Below are positions 49,796 to 62,018 of a stretch of DNA of 64,000 nucleotides, piece by piece. The first letter of the stretch is position 1. Each line of letters begins with the position of its first letter. Source of the stretch: Callorhinchus milii (Eukaryota); the NCBI RefSeq assembly GCF_018977255.1, contig NW_024704768.1:4216001-4280000 (forward strand). The letters run 5' to 3'. Below the pieces are notes generated by a model, which was not told the DNA's origin, made no database searches, and worked only from the letters and a program-made list of their open reading frames with translations. The translations under genes were made by a program, and so were the position numbers.

Positions 49796-50854
49796 CCTCG
49801 CACTTGACCCAGCGCCTTCTCACGTTGTTGAGGCGTCTCAAAGCGCTTCACAGTGCACGCCGTAAAGTGCAGTGACTGTGCGTTTCACGTGTAGTGGCTA
49901 TGCCAATTGCGCCCAGAGGCGTGCCCACAAAACAGTCGCGGCGCTGGGTGGGAGGTGACCCCCAGGCGCCTTAGGTCGAAGAGGAAGGTCTTCAGCCACG
50001 ACCTGATGACGGGGGGAAGGAACGGGGGCAAAGGCGGAGGAATTGAGGGAGAGTGTTCCAGAGAATGTTTCGGAGGCGTAAGTGGCTGTGAGCGCGGCCA
50101 CTGATGGCGGAACCGAGGGCACGAGGGACAGGCAGGAGGCTGGACAGAGCCAGTCGAGCGGAGGCAGCGGGTAATGGGGGGAGTAAGCAGGTGGGGTAGG
50201 GAGGTGTCGGGGAGGTACGGGGAAGGGATTTGGAGGGACTCACCTTGAACTCGGGGAACTGGCTGACGTAGCTCTCCATTGTCCTCAAAGCCTGGTCAGA
50301 CAACTTCTCTCCATAGTCTGCCCACAGGAGGTCGCTGTTCTGCAAGGAAACATTCGGCCCTTGAGACACCGAGAGAGACGCTTTGCCGGAGCTTTATCTT
50401 TCTTCTGCTCCATCAAAAAATTCGACATGTTTCATGGCGGACTTTTGGCTTCTCCTATCTCCCCACCGCTCCCCTGCTCCACCAATAACCCCTGTCCCCC
50501 CCCCACACCGACCCTTCGAGACTGAGGTGGATCGAGTCAGGATATCTAGGGATATGGGGCGAAGGCGGATAATTGGAGTTGGTGTACAGATCAGCCATAG
50601 AATGGCAGAACAGGCTCAAGAGGCTGAATGGCCTCCTCCTGTTCCTATGTTTCTAAGATGTTCATACTTCCTACCAGGGACTGAAATTCCATCCAGGTTT
50701 AGATTTGACTATTATATATATAATTTTTGCCCAGCCGGGGGGTGTCTGACACGCACGGAAACCCATCACCGTTGCTTAAGAGTCTCCAAACCCAACTGAG
50801 AATTCCAGGCCTCCCGTCTACACCTGGGAATCCCAGAGAGAGACTGTTCGGATT

Positions 50855-50885
<31 letters not shown>

Positions 50886-53800
50886 ACTCTCTCTCTCTCC
50901 CCCTGTCCCTGGTTACTAATTCCGGAGAGTATTAGGCGCAGGTTGGCAAGAAAGAAATGCGGTCATGTGAGCTACAGGAATCCGCAAAGTAAATGTTGAT
51001 GATGGAGAGATCTCTCACCTCGAGGATCTCGTGCAGTTGCTCCTTGCCCTGCCACTCGGGCTCGTAAACGTCCTCCAGTGTCTCTGAGAGTTTCTTGGCT
51101 GTTTCGTGCATCACTGAGAGAAACAGACAGGTTGCTGGTCACGCACAAGACAATTGGTCACATCAGTCCCTTCCCTTCTCTCGCGTCTTCTTCCAAACCA
51201 CTCGAATAAGCCTCGCATTGGACACAGCGCCTCATCACGCCGTTGAGACGTCTCAAAGCGCTTCACAGAAAATAGTGTAAAGTGAATTTAACTGCATATT
51301 TTGTGGATGAAACGCGGCAGCCGATTGCGCACAGCCCTGTGCTACAAACAGTCATCGATTGAGTGACCAAATTATTATTGATTATTAACCCCCGGGAAAG
51401 CAGTTCGCCAACTGACTAACAACCAGTTTCCTACGACCCACCTGGGAATCGAACCCGGGTCCTTACCACATCGTTGAGACTGTGAGCTCAAAATCCCTGA
51501 CGATGCAGTTTATTGAACTGAGGTGTTATGTACCTTTGACAGCATTTATATAAGATTTCAGGTCCTTGTGAAGGCGAGAGCTGTCGTTCTGCAGAAAGAA
51601 AGGTAAAAGGCAGTCAGTCAATCCGTCAACCGATCACAAGAGCGATGAGAAATGTCCCTTTCGTTCATTCAATCTCATCTCAATTCGATAGCTCAGGGGT
51701 TAGAGCTCTCGCAGTTTTCCGGGCAGTTCAGGGCGAAACCTTAGATAACTTTCCTTACTCTACGCACGCGCGCACACACGCACACACACGCACACACACG
51801 CAAACACGCCTCTGTTTACCCCGCAGTAAGTAGGAACTCAGTTCCAATTCCCTCTCCCAAAAGTGAGGTCACTCCATCCACGACTGTTTGTGGGACACCG
51901 CTGTGCGCAATTGGCCGCCGTGGTAAATACACAGTCTCTACACTTTACAGTACAACCCGCGCAGCGNNNNNNNNNNNNNNNNNNNNNNNNNNNNNNNNNN
52001 NNNNNNNNNNNNNNNNNNNNNNNNNNNNNNNNNNNNNNNNNNNNNNNNNNNNNNNNNNNNNNNNNNNNNNNNNNNNNNNNNNNNNNNNNNNNNNNNNNNN
52101 NGCCTAAGGTTTCGCCCTGACCTGACCGCCCGGGAATCGAACCCGGGTCCTCTGGCCCGCGAGGCGTCTAACCCCTGAGCTACTGGGACTCCACCAATGA
52201 ATGAATGGGGTGTAAACGAATGGCTCTGGGACAGTACCCTGCACGAGGGGCACCATATAAATGTTGTTGTTGTTGTTGATTTTGCCCCCGTTTCCGGGAC
52301 TGTATACACCCCCTACCCCCCCACCGCACCCCACACCCCGCCCCCCCCCCCCACCCCACCCCACCACACACGATATTGCCCCCGTCGTTATGCACCTGTT
52401 GTTTGGTGAAGTTGTTGGCGCACTGTTCAAACTGTTCGTCTTTCGTCTCCACCGTTTTGCCAATCTTTTGGAACACCTGAAGCGGCAAATAAACAAACAG
52501 ACAAAGGCGTCAATGACAAGAACAACAACTTGCACCTCGCAGCGTGTGGGACAGGGCGTGAAGGGATTTGTAGGTGAGCGTGAGGGTCTTCTTGGAAATC
52601 ATAGAATCTTACAGCACAGAAGGAGGCCCTACGGCCCATCGTTTCTGTGCGGGTTCGTTCGGCAATGTTTGTGGGACATTGCTGTACGCAATTGGCTGCC
52701 GCGTCCGCCCACAAATATACACTCAATTCACTTTACTGTGTGTTCTGTGAAGCGCTTTGGGACGTCCTCCCGACGTGAAAAGCGCTATATCAAATGCAAG
52801 GATTATTATTATTATTATTATAGTGTCCTCTGGTTACCGACCCGCCCGCCCGCCCGCCGCCAGTGGAAACAATTTCTCCATCAAAACCCCTCATAATCTT
52901 GAGATCTAACGGTTCAAAGCAGAACAATGTCTAAGGCACGCAGGAAAGGACGGGCTGGGGTGGGCTGGTGGAACACTCCCTCGTCTGTTAATGATTATTC
53001 GAAACACATGGAAAGATCTTTTTCTTTCTTTCTTTCTTTTTTTCTTTCTTTTTTTCTTTCCGGTCAAAGTCCGGTTTTAGATGTTAATACACCAAACGAT
53101 AATTCACAGACAACCACACGGCCTCATTGATACACCACATCCCCCTCACGATCGCACCGACCTACACACCGAGTCTGTAGCTCAGTGGTTGGAGCGTAGG
53201 GGACTGTTTGTGGGGGACTCTGCTGCGAGCGACGAGCTCTCGTGTTTGGCCCACGAATATATCCTGTGCAGCGCTTTGAGGCGTCTGAGAGACGTGAAGA
53301 GGCGCTGCATCCAATGCAAGCGAGAGGACCCGGATTCGATTCCCGGGCCGGTCAGGACACACCTGGCGAGACCTTAGGCAAGTTTTCTTACCCCACACGC
53401 CTCTCTGTTCGTCCTCGCAGTACAATACAATATAATATTGCTTTACACAGCGCCTGGACAGTCAGGAATTTGGGAGGGGGCGCGGGCGGCAAGGTGGAGT
53501 GGGTGTTGGGAGTAGGTAGGGTGGGGTGGGGGTGGGTAGGAGGGTGGTCAAAGGCTCAGCCGAAGAGGAGGGTCTTGTATAATAAGTTGGATTCGATCGG
53601 CAGATGTGCTCCACCACTGTCAAGCGCTCTGGGACGGTACCCTGTGTGAAGGGGGGTGGTGGGGGGTGGGCCGTGTCAGTGCAAGATGTTGTTGTTGAAA
53701 GAACGATCTCCCTATAAAACAACTGGAGGGAAAGAGAGGGAGTGGGGTGGGGGGGTGGTGGGGGGGGTGGGGGGGTGGGGGGCGAAACGTAGTGCATCAC

Positions 53801-55497
53801 AATGTGTAACCACAACTTGCTTCCAATCAGCCCGAACAGCATGAGTTTGGAATGGGTTGAGAACAAATTGTTTTACAGCCCTACAATTAGTTTTTTTTTA
53901 TTACCATGAACAATTTCTGTGCAGAAAGAATTATGCTCAGAGTTTCGCTAAACGATGGTTTCTGCAAAGTCATCCAGCTGGCTCCCCCTCAAAACCAGTA
54001 ACAGTTCTCCTGTGCGTTTTGGGTTGACTCCCTTTGCAAACAGGACATTGGACGATACATTAATATTAATAATAATAATAATAATAATCCTTGCGTTTGA
54101 TATAGAGACTCATCACGCCGTCGAGACGCCTCAAAGCGCTTCACAGGCGACGTCCCCACAAACAGCCGTGGATTGAGTGACCAAATTATTATTGATTCTT
54201 TTTTAAAGGGCTTATTACCCCCAGAAAAGCGATCCACCAACCCACTAACAACCGGGTTCCTACTTACTGCTGGTAAACAGAGGCGAGTCTGTGTGTGTGT
54301 GTGTGTGTGTGTGTGGAGTAAAACTTGCCTAAGGTTTTGCCCTGATCTGTCCCACCCGGGAATCGAACCCGGGTCCTCTCGCTTGCGAGGCGGGGGCTCT
54401 AACTTGAGCTACAGGGTCTCCAATCTGATGTGGTGGGGGGTGAGGTGGAGAGAGGGGGATGTGGGATAAGCAGAAAGCCTCACTTCAGCTGATGAAAGGG
54501 GAGCGGACAGAGGAGTTGGGGTGGGAGGAAGAGTGGGGGTGGGAGGAGGAGTGGGGGGTGGAGAGGAGGAGTGGGGGGGGGAGGAGGAGTGGGGGTGGGA
54601 GGAGGAGTGGGGTGGGAGGAGGAGTGGGGGGGAGGAGGAGTGGGGGGGAGGAGGAGTGGGGGGGAGGAGGAGTGGGGGGGGGGGAGGAGGAGTGGGGGGG
54701 GGAGGAGGAGTGGGGGTGGGAGGAGGAGTGGGGGTGGGAGGAGGAGAACAGAGACATGGGGTGAGAGTTCTGCCACCTTCAGAAACCACAGAGCCGAGAA
54801 GCCCACAGCTATGGAAAGCCCCCACTTGTATGAACTCTCACAGTTTTTTAAGCTTCCGCCCCACCATCAAGTGGCTGAACGTGCAGCCGCCATGCCCCCA
54901 AAGTTCTAGAAAGCTCTCCCCCCACCCCCTCTCCTCCTCCATCTTCAGGTAGCGCTCGAAGGCTTTTCTCTTCGACCTAAGGTGTCTACGGTCACCTCCC
55001 TCTCTTCCCACCCCCCTCCTCCCGGCTCGGTGTCCTCTCCGCCACTGTCAAGCGCTCTGGGACGCTACCCTTCGTGTGTGGGGGGGGGTCGGGGGGGGGG
55101 ATGGGGGCTGTGCGAATGCAAGTTGTTGTTGTTTGTAGCTCTGTGTCGGCATTGCTCCCCAGTGTGTCACCCAACGAGCGAGGGGGAAACTCCGGTGGCT
55201 CACTCATGGCAAATTATTGGAGATTGGTTCACCTTCGGGTTCAAACAAGCGAACAGCAATAAAACTCAGCCCTGATTGAGCCCATTTATAAGCTAAGAAC
55301 GATTCGATGACAATACACAGTGTCCCTGGTCATCTGGCTGAAACTATCAAGTTAATCATTGCAGCCGATAATGTTCTCTTTAAAGTCTAGGAGCCCGATT
55401 TTCCAGGAGGCTTCAGTCTACAGCGCCGTTCTCAGCATCAACAGCTTGAGACCGCAGGTAAGGACCACGGCCCCCATCTCGGGTGGTTAATAATAAC

Positions 55498-55530
<33 letters not shown>

Positions 55531-58509
55531 CCTGGCCTTTGACACAGCGCCCGATCGCGTCGTCGAGACGTAGCATAGGGCTTCGCGGGACACACCGTGA
55601 AGTGAGGCGACGGCATTTTGTGGGCGAAACGCGGCATTCGTTGGAGCGCTTTTTCACATCGTTGGGAGGTCTCAAAATTATCATTATTTATTTTTCGGGA
55701 GAGATTATTACCCCCGGAAAGCGATCCGCCAATCGACTAACGACCGGGTTCCTACTCACTGCTGAATAAACAGAGGCGCGCGCGTGTGCGCGTGTGCGAG
55801 TGAGTGAGTGAGTGAGTGTGGGGTAACGAGGCGAGCGAGGTAACAAGGTTCCACATCTTCTGGACTGAGTGACCGAAACCTTTTTTTTGGAGCGCTCGAT
55901 GAGAATAACCCTTGCATTCGCTGTGGCGTCGAGACGTCTCAAAGCGCTTCGCAGAATCCACCGTGAAGTGCAGTGACTGTAGAGTTTGGGGTGGGGTGGT
56001 GGGCGGGAAACGAGACGCGGACAGCCAGTCAATGTCCCTCCCCAAACCGTCATGGCTTATTCGACGCAAAACAAGCGCCAGCAACGCTGGAACCACCCTC
56101 CGCGCTAACTGTGCGAGGCGACACTTTGCGAGCACTTTGATTCCAACCCAAACATCACTTAACGCGCACAATCTCGCCATCAACCACACCTTTTCCTGTC
56201 GCTCTGTTGCATGAAAGTTGCAAACGTATCAGCAGCGCAGAAAGGGTGAGTGTGCCAAGGCAGGATATTAAGCATTCCACCGCAGACTACGTTTCTTCGC
56301 TAAACGTGAAAAATATATATAAATACGCAATGTCAGTCCGGTGTTGAGAGAGAGTCGTGTGCGCTGGTAAGAGTGCTGGAGAGGTTGATAATACTAATAT
56401 GAGAGCGATAATACTAATATGAGAGCGATAATACTAATATGAGAGCGATAATAATCTTTGCATTTGATGTAGCGCCCCATCACGTCTCCGAGACGTCTCA
56501 AAGAGCTTCACGGAATTTTTCCTCAGCCATGTGGGTGTCTGACACGCACGGAAACCCGTCACCGTTGCTTAAGAGTCTCCAAACCCAACTGAGAAGTCCA
56601 GGCCTCCCACCGACATCTGGAAACCCCACAGAGAGATTGTTGTAATGGAAGGCTCTCTCTCCCTCTCTCTCCCTGGAGGGACGCCTCCTGCTTACCTAAT
56701 TCCGCAGAGTATTAGGCGTAGGTTGGCAGGAGCTGAGGGGGGAGGATTCCCTGCCCCTGAGTGACTGATCTGACCTTCGCGCCTCCATCGCAGCATCGAA
56801 CTGTTGCTCACAGTTCGTTCCTCTAACACTGGGGATCAGCCTCGTTGCTCTCCTCTGCACTGCCCTTAGGTCTTGGCCACAGACCCCTTATGTCGTGGTG
56901 ACCAGAGCTGTAGAGAGTATTCAAGGTGCAATCTGACCAAAGCCCTAGCTCTGCCCCGAGTAAATACTGCACCATCTGTAACGACCACCACAACAACTTG
57001 TGCTTAGACCTTGACGGTGACAGAGCACGAGCCCGGGGTGTGGTGGGGGGGGTGTGGGGAGGGCGGTGACCGTAAGCTCGTTCGAAGAGGAAGGTCTTCA
57101 GACGGGGATGGAGGGAGGGATTGAGGGAGAGTGCGGCAGAGTTTCCGGGAAAGGGTAGCGCCTGAAAGCCCGGCCACCGCTGGCAGAGCGGAGGGGGCGA
57201 GGGGCATGCAGGAGGCCGGGTGGAGCCAGTCGAGGGGAGGCCGACGACAACAACAGCTTGCATTTATCTCGATAGCGCCATTCGCACCGAATAAAAGTCA
57301 CGTGGCAGAGGCGCGAAAACGTCGATCTATTTTGCGGGGGGAAAGATTCAAACGCTATCTCACAACAGGAAATAGAACCCACGTGGTGGGGTGGGGGGGG
57401 GGGGGTTTCAGAGGGGAAAATAATCAATCATCGTTTTATTATTATTATTATAATAATGATCACGCACTCTGTCTCCCTACGCACTTCCCCCTCCGCCCCA
57501 CTCTCTCCCCACCCACCCACCACCACCACCATCGATTCGAAACGGACTCTCACTTCACGGCTGTTTGTGGGACGTTACCGCGAGGAAATTGGAAACCTAG
57601 GAACATAAGAACGTAGGAACCGGAGGAGGCCATTCAGCCCCTTGAACCTGTTCCGCCATTCCACTAGACCGTGGCTGATTTACTTTAGTAAAAGTGAATC
57701 CATTCACTCCGCGGCGTATCCCGTGAAGCGCTTTGCGACGTCTCGAAGGCGTGATAAGGCGCTGGTATCAAATGCCAGGATTTATTGTCGCTATTTATTA
57801 TTTAGATCTAATTCGAATAAACTGGCGGCCGGGAAAACACACAGGATTAAACGGATTGAGTTACTGTGAAGCACGTTGAGACGAGGTGATATGGCGCCAA
57901 GTCAAACACAAGGCTGATCGTTGCAGTGCTCAGAAGAGCAATGCTCATAGGATCCTACAGCACAGAAAGAGGCCATTCAGCCCATCGGGCCTGTCCCGGC
58001 TCTTTGGAAGAGCCACCAACTCGTCCCACTCGCTCCCCCGCTCTCACCCCCAAAGCCCTGCACAATTCTCCTTTCCTTTCCAAGTCCCTATCCAATTCCC
58101 TTTTGAAACCTACCATCGGATCTGCTCCCACCAGCCTTTCAGGCCGTGGGTTCCAGACCGTAGCAACTCTCTGGGCAAAAAAAGTCTCCTCGTCTGGTCT
58201 CCCCTCTGGTTCTTTTGCCGATTATCTTAAACCTGTGTCCTCCGGTTACCCGCCCGCCCGCCCGCCCGCCAGAGGAAATCATCTTTTTTGAGGCGGTGGA
58301 GGTGGTGGTGGAGGGGGAAAGATTTTGCTACGCGAAAGCAGTCGTGGTTATAAAGAAACACCCGCTGGATTAGGTCAACCGCTCTCTAATCTCGCGAAAA
58401 ATGAAGAAGTATTGTTTTTTTTTACCATTTCTTGTGCTCTCATGAAACGCTTTTGGACTTGCTTGGCAAAAAGTCCTGCACCTCCTGCTTTGGTTGGTGT
58501 CTCTGCCAT
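45557..58509 (-). CDS. BIN2: Bridging integrator 2 (N-BAR protein): join(58426-58509, 52396-52476, 51534-51588, 51019-51113, 50244-50339, 49584-49691, 49010-49095, 48484-48559, 48153-48235, 46275-47613, 45557-45706), ~750 aa
   Basis: [28 protein letters not shown]...[30 protein letters not shown]...[25 protein letters not shown]...[10 protein letters not shown]: amphiphysin-type N-BAR, long S/P/acidic tail, no SH3; frame closes at 2253 nt. Confidence 0.93.
46275..47613 (-). CDS. BIN2: BIN2 exon 10 (large low-complexity exon, 1339 nt)
   Basis: Begins [13 protein letters not shown], open for 446 codons, ends PTE|GTGAGG. Confidence 0.88.
47179..47378 (-). repeat. 18-bp coding minisatellite in BIN2 exon 10
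   Basis: About 11 copies of AGACAATGGGAGGTCACC (+ strand) encoding S(G/S)D(L/F)P(L/M). Confidence 0.92.
48153..48235 (-). CDS. BIN2: BIN2 exon 9
   Basis: [27 protein letters not shown]; 83 nt. Confidence 0.93.
48484..48559 (-). CDS. BIN2: BIN2 exon 8
   Basis: [25 protein letters not shown]; 76 nt. Confidence 0.94.
49010..49095 (-). CDS. BIN2: BIN2 exon 7
   Basis: [28 protein letters not shown]; 86 nt; weak donor AG|GTTCTT. Confidence 0.9.
49584..49691 (-). CDS. BIN2: BIN2 exon 6
   Basis: [36 protein letters not shown]; 108 nt. Confidence 0.94.
50244..50339 (-). CDS. BIN2: BIN2 exon 5
   Basis: [32 protein letters not shown]; 96 nt. Confidence 0.93.
51019..51113 (-). CDS. BIN2: BIN2 exon 4
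   Basis: [31 protein letters not shown]; 95 nt. Confidence 0.93.
51534..51588 (-). CDS. BIN2: BIN2 exon 3
   Basis: [18 protein letters not shown]; 55 nt. Confidence 0.92.
52396..52476 (-). CDS. BIN2: BIN2 exon 2
   Basis: [27 protein letters not shown]; 81 nt. Confidence 0.93.
54068..54420 (-). mobile_element. tRNA-derived SINE
   Basis: Head, body and (ATT)n tail. Confidence 0.85.
54510..54748 (+). repeat. G-rich ~18-bp minisatellite (GGAGGAGGAGTGGGGGTG)
   Basis: Direct reading; lies in BIN2 intron 1. Confidence 0.9.
56387..56452 (+). repeat. 3x 20-bp tandem GATAATACTAATATGAGAGC
   Basis: Perfect triplication abutting a SINE tail. Confidence 0.9.
57948..58280 (-). mobile_element. CR1 LINE 3' end, close copy of 38398-38745
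   Basis: Near-identical reverse complement over ~330 bp. Confidence 0.85.
58426..58509 (-). CDS. BIN2: BIN2 exon 1 (H0 amphipathic helix)
   Basis: ACG-ATG-G, 84 nt, |GTAAAA donor. Confidence 0.93.
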
Positions 58510-58619
58510 CGTCCTGTCTTGCTCCTCTCTTTCGCTCTCTCCTTCTCTCTCTCTCTCTCTCTCTGTATCTTTCTCTTTCTGTCTCTCTCCCACGTCTTGT
58601 GACAGCTCTCCTCTCCTCA

Positions 58620-58780
58620 GTTGATCACCTCCCCTTAACTCGCTGACTGTTCTTGGACTAGGAAGTGAGACAGTTCAGCCCCTCTCTCCTCCCGTCATGC
58701 TTCATATCCTGTTTCAGATCTCAGATAAAGTCAGATAAACTCTCCTTTCTTAAAACTTATTACCCGCCAGCAGATATTCT
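58620..58780 (-). promoter_or_regulatory. BIN2 proximal promoter with ETS/PU.1 and tandem GATA sites
   Basis: AGGAAGTG 58660-58667; AGATAA at 58723-58728 and 58733-58738; 150-230 bp upstream of ATG. Confidence 0.65.
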
Positions 58781-58837
58781 TTTATTGGGTCCGGATGAGC
58801 GCAAACACAGCTCGATTTAAGTTAAAAAAATAATAAC

Positions 58838-59225
58838 AATACTAACCCGGGCATTTGATACAGCGCCTTATCACGGCGTTGAGAAGTCTCAAAGCGCTTC
58901 ACAGGATACACGGAGACTGTGTATTTTGTGGGCTGTGCGTAGAGGCGTCCAGCGTCCCGCAAACAGTGGCCAGATTATTATTATTATTATTTTTTTATTA
59001 GAGGGATTATTATCCCCGGAAAGAGATCCACCAATCGACTAACAATTGGGTTCCTGCTCACTGTTGGGTAAACAGGAGCGTGTGTGTGTGTGTGTGTGTG
59101 GAGTAAGGAAACTTAGGTTTACTAAGGTTGCGCCCTGTCCCGTCCCGTCCTGTCCTGTCCCGCCCGGGAATCGAACCCGGGCCCCTCTTCCTTTCAAGGC
59201 AAGCGCTCTAACCACGTGGGACGCC
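58838..59225 (-). mobile_element. tRNA-derived SINE
   Basis: Family motifs. Confidence 0.8.
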
Positions 59226-60030
59226 CACGGAGTTTCAAACCAACTGCACAGATTGTGACTTTTGACTCTTTTTTACACACCACAACACAAATATTGGTGA
59301 CTCCAATTGTGCACCTGCTGTTTTTCCTTATCAAGTAATAACCATAACAGCACTTAACATTCCTGCTCAGATCTGTATAGACCGGGTTTGAACCGGTTGA
59401 CTTGCAAGTTCATCACGTGAATCGGTATCAAGGACAAGTTAACGAGAGTTCCACACATCCAATCGTACGCCTCACGTCTAATACAGCGCCTTATCAGGTG
59501 GCTGAGACGTCTCGAAGCACTTGGGGTGATTCAAGCGAAGAGTGAAGTGACTGCGTATTTGTTGTAAAACCAAAATGGCAGCCAGTTTTCACGCGGGAGA
59601 AGCGGAGGGAGCGGCTGGTGGGTTGGGGGGTGGTGGGGGGGGGTCAGTAAGCAGTTCGGAGAGGTAGGGAGGTGTCAGGGTCTGAAGGGATTCGAAGACG
59701 AGTGTGAGAGGATCTATTCAAAAGCACAGTCACTGCACTTTACGGCCTATCCTGTGAAGCGCTTTGAGACGTCTGCATAAGGCGCTACGTCGAATGCAGG
59801 GATTATTACGATGAAATCCGTGCACTTTGCGCTGTTGTAAAGGCAGTGATTTGCCTCTGGTAATAAACCTGCGTCAGTCAGTAGGAATGCAGTAAATAGT
59901 TCGTTGCTTCCCGACACTTTCGACTTCGTGTACGGAGGAAAGGCCGATAGGGTTAGTGAGGGCAGAGTAACTCACACGGGTGTCTACCACATCAGTCACA
60001 GAACCTGTGGCATAAACACGTGCAGGAAGT

Positions 60031-60468
60031 AATAATAATAATAATAATAATAATAATGCATTTGCTACAGCGCCTCATCACGTCATTGAGACGTCTCAAA
60101 GCGCTTCTCAGAATACACTGTGCAGTGTAGTAGTGACTGTGTATTTTGTGGACAAAAACACGGCAGCCAATTGCAAGCAGCGATGACCCACACACTGTGG
60201 TGGATCGAGGGACCAATTTTCTTTTTGAAGGGATTATTAGCCCCGGAAAGCGATCCGCCAATGGACTAACAACCGGGTTCCCGCTTACTGCTGGTAAACA
60301 GAGGCGAGTGTCTGTGTCTGTGTGTCTGTGTCTGTGTGTCTGTGTGTGTGTGTGTGTGTGGGGGTGAGTAAGAAAACTTTCGCCCTGACCTGACCCGCCC
60401 GGGAATCGAACCCGGGTCCTCTCGCTTGCGAGTCGAGGAGTCTAACCCCTGAGCTACGGGGATCTCCA
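60031..60468 (-). mobile_element. tRNA-derived SINE, full length
   Basis: Intact A/B boxes and tail; dozens of further truncated copies across the window are not listed. Confidence 0.88.
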
Positions 60469-61734
60469 CAGTGTTAAGTATTGCAAATAGGTCCTGGAAG
60501 GGCAGACCAGTCACTCGGGGCATTTAACTCCCGGGCGGATCGCTGGCTTGGATGCTCTTAAGCACGGTGATGGGTTGCGGTACAGCTCCTGATCACGTCT
60601 TCGAGACGTCTCAAAGCGCTTCGCAGAATAGACTGTAAAAGTGTAGTGACTGCGTACTTTGTGGGCGAAACGCTGCGTGGCGTGTGATAAGGCACTCCAT
60701 CAAATGCAGGGATTATTATTATTATTATCATCATCATCATCAACGCATTAGGGGAAGGAGACACTAGAATTAGAGACGTAGCGACATATAATGTGAAACC
60801 AGAGCGCAGATGGCAGTCGAGTGGAATCTTGTAGCTCAGGGGTTAGACCCCCCCTCGCCTCGCAAGCCGGAGTGGACCCCGGGTTCGATTCCCGGGCGGG
60901 TCAGGAAGGGGCGAAACCTTAGGCAAGTTTCCTTACTCCACACACACACACACACTCACACACACACACACACACACACACGCTCACACGCCTCTGTTTA
61001 CTTAGCAGTAAGTCATTAATCCCTCTCAAACTCCCCTCTAACCCCCGGAAAAGCGATCCGCCAATCGACTAACAACTGGGTTCCTACTCACTGCCGAGTA
61101 AACAGAAGGCGCGTGTGTGTGTGCGTGCGTGTGTGTGTGTGTATGTGTGTGTGTTTCGCCCCGACCTGTCCTGCCCGGGAATCGAACCCGGGTCCTCTCA
61201 AAATCCCTCCTGCTTTAAGATTCCCAGCCAAGGACACACACACGCACACACACACACACACGCGCACACACACACGCACACACACACGCGCGCACACGCG
61301 CACACACACACACGCGCGCACACACACAAAATGTTGCCTGTGACCGAGGTTGAGCCGGAAGGCGAAAACAGAACTTTACTTTGGGGAAGTTCCCGAAAGA
61401 GCAAATCACACGATCGCTGGTAATTTCGGACGTGTTCTCATAAGCGCTGGGACTACGGCGCTGCGTTGGCTGTTTCTTTCGAGCCAGAGATCTGTCGAAA
61501 TCTGTGGTTTCCCGTTTTATGCCAAACACTTGAATTTTTTACCCTCCCCATCCCCCCCTCACCCCCAACTTCACCCAACTTCACCCAAAGGACTTGCGAC
61601 ACTCTCTCTCTCTCTCTACCTTGTATACCTTGTATACTTTGCTCTCCTCATGTCTGTCTCCTCCACCCCATCCCACAATTTTTTTGGGGGTTGTGGGGTG
61701 GTGGTGGGGAGGGGAGGGGGGTGGGGTCAACCGG

Positions 61735-62018
61735 GTGGGTGTCTGACACACGTGGAAACCCATCACCGTTGCTTAACAGGTCTCCAAACCAAACCAAACT
61801 GAGAACTCGCTGCCTCCCACCAACACATGGAATCCGCAGGGATAGATCGTCGGAATGGAAGGCGTTCTCTCTCTCTCTCTCTCTCCCTCTCTCTCTCCCT
61901 CTCTCTCTCCCGGGAGGGATCGCCCCCTCCTTACCTAATTCCGGAGAGTATTAGGCGCAGGTTGGCCAGAGCCAAGGCTTTTGGGGGGAGCCCAGAGTGT
62001 GCGTTGGGGGCAACTGTA
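61735..62018 (+). mobile_element. Unclassified ~300-bp interspersed repeat
   Basis: GGGTGTCTGACAC..GGAAACCCATCACCGTTGCTTAA...(CT)n...CTTACCTAATTCCGGAGAGTATTAGGCGCAGGTTGGC; at least 7 copies in the window. Confidence 0.75.

Noticed and set aside
54409-54952. Pro/Gly-rich ORFs
   Set aside because: Translations of the G-rich minisatellite
59965-60004. TRVS-like peptide on - strand as CELA1 last exon
   Set aside because: No surrounding serine-protease C-terminal motif (KP.VFTRV..Y..WI)
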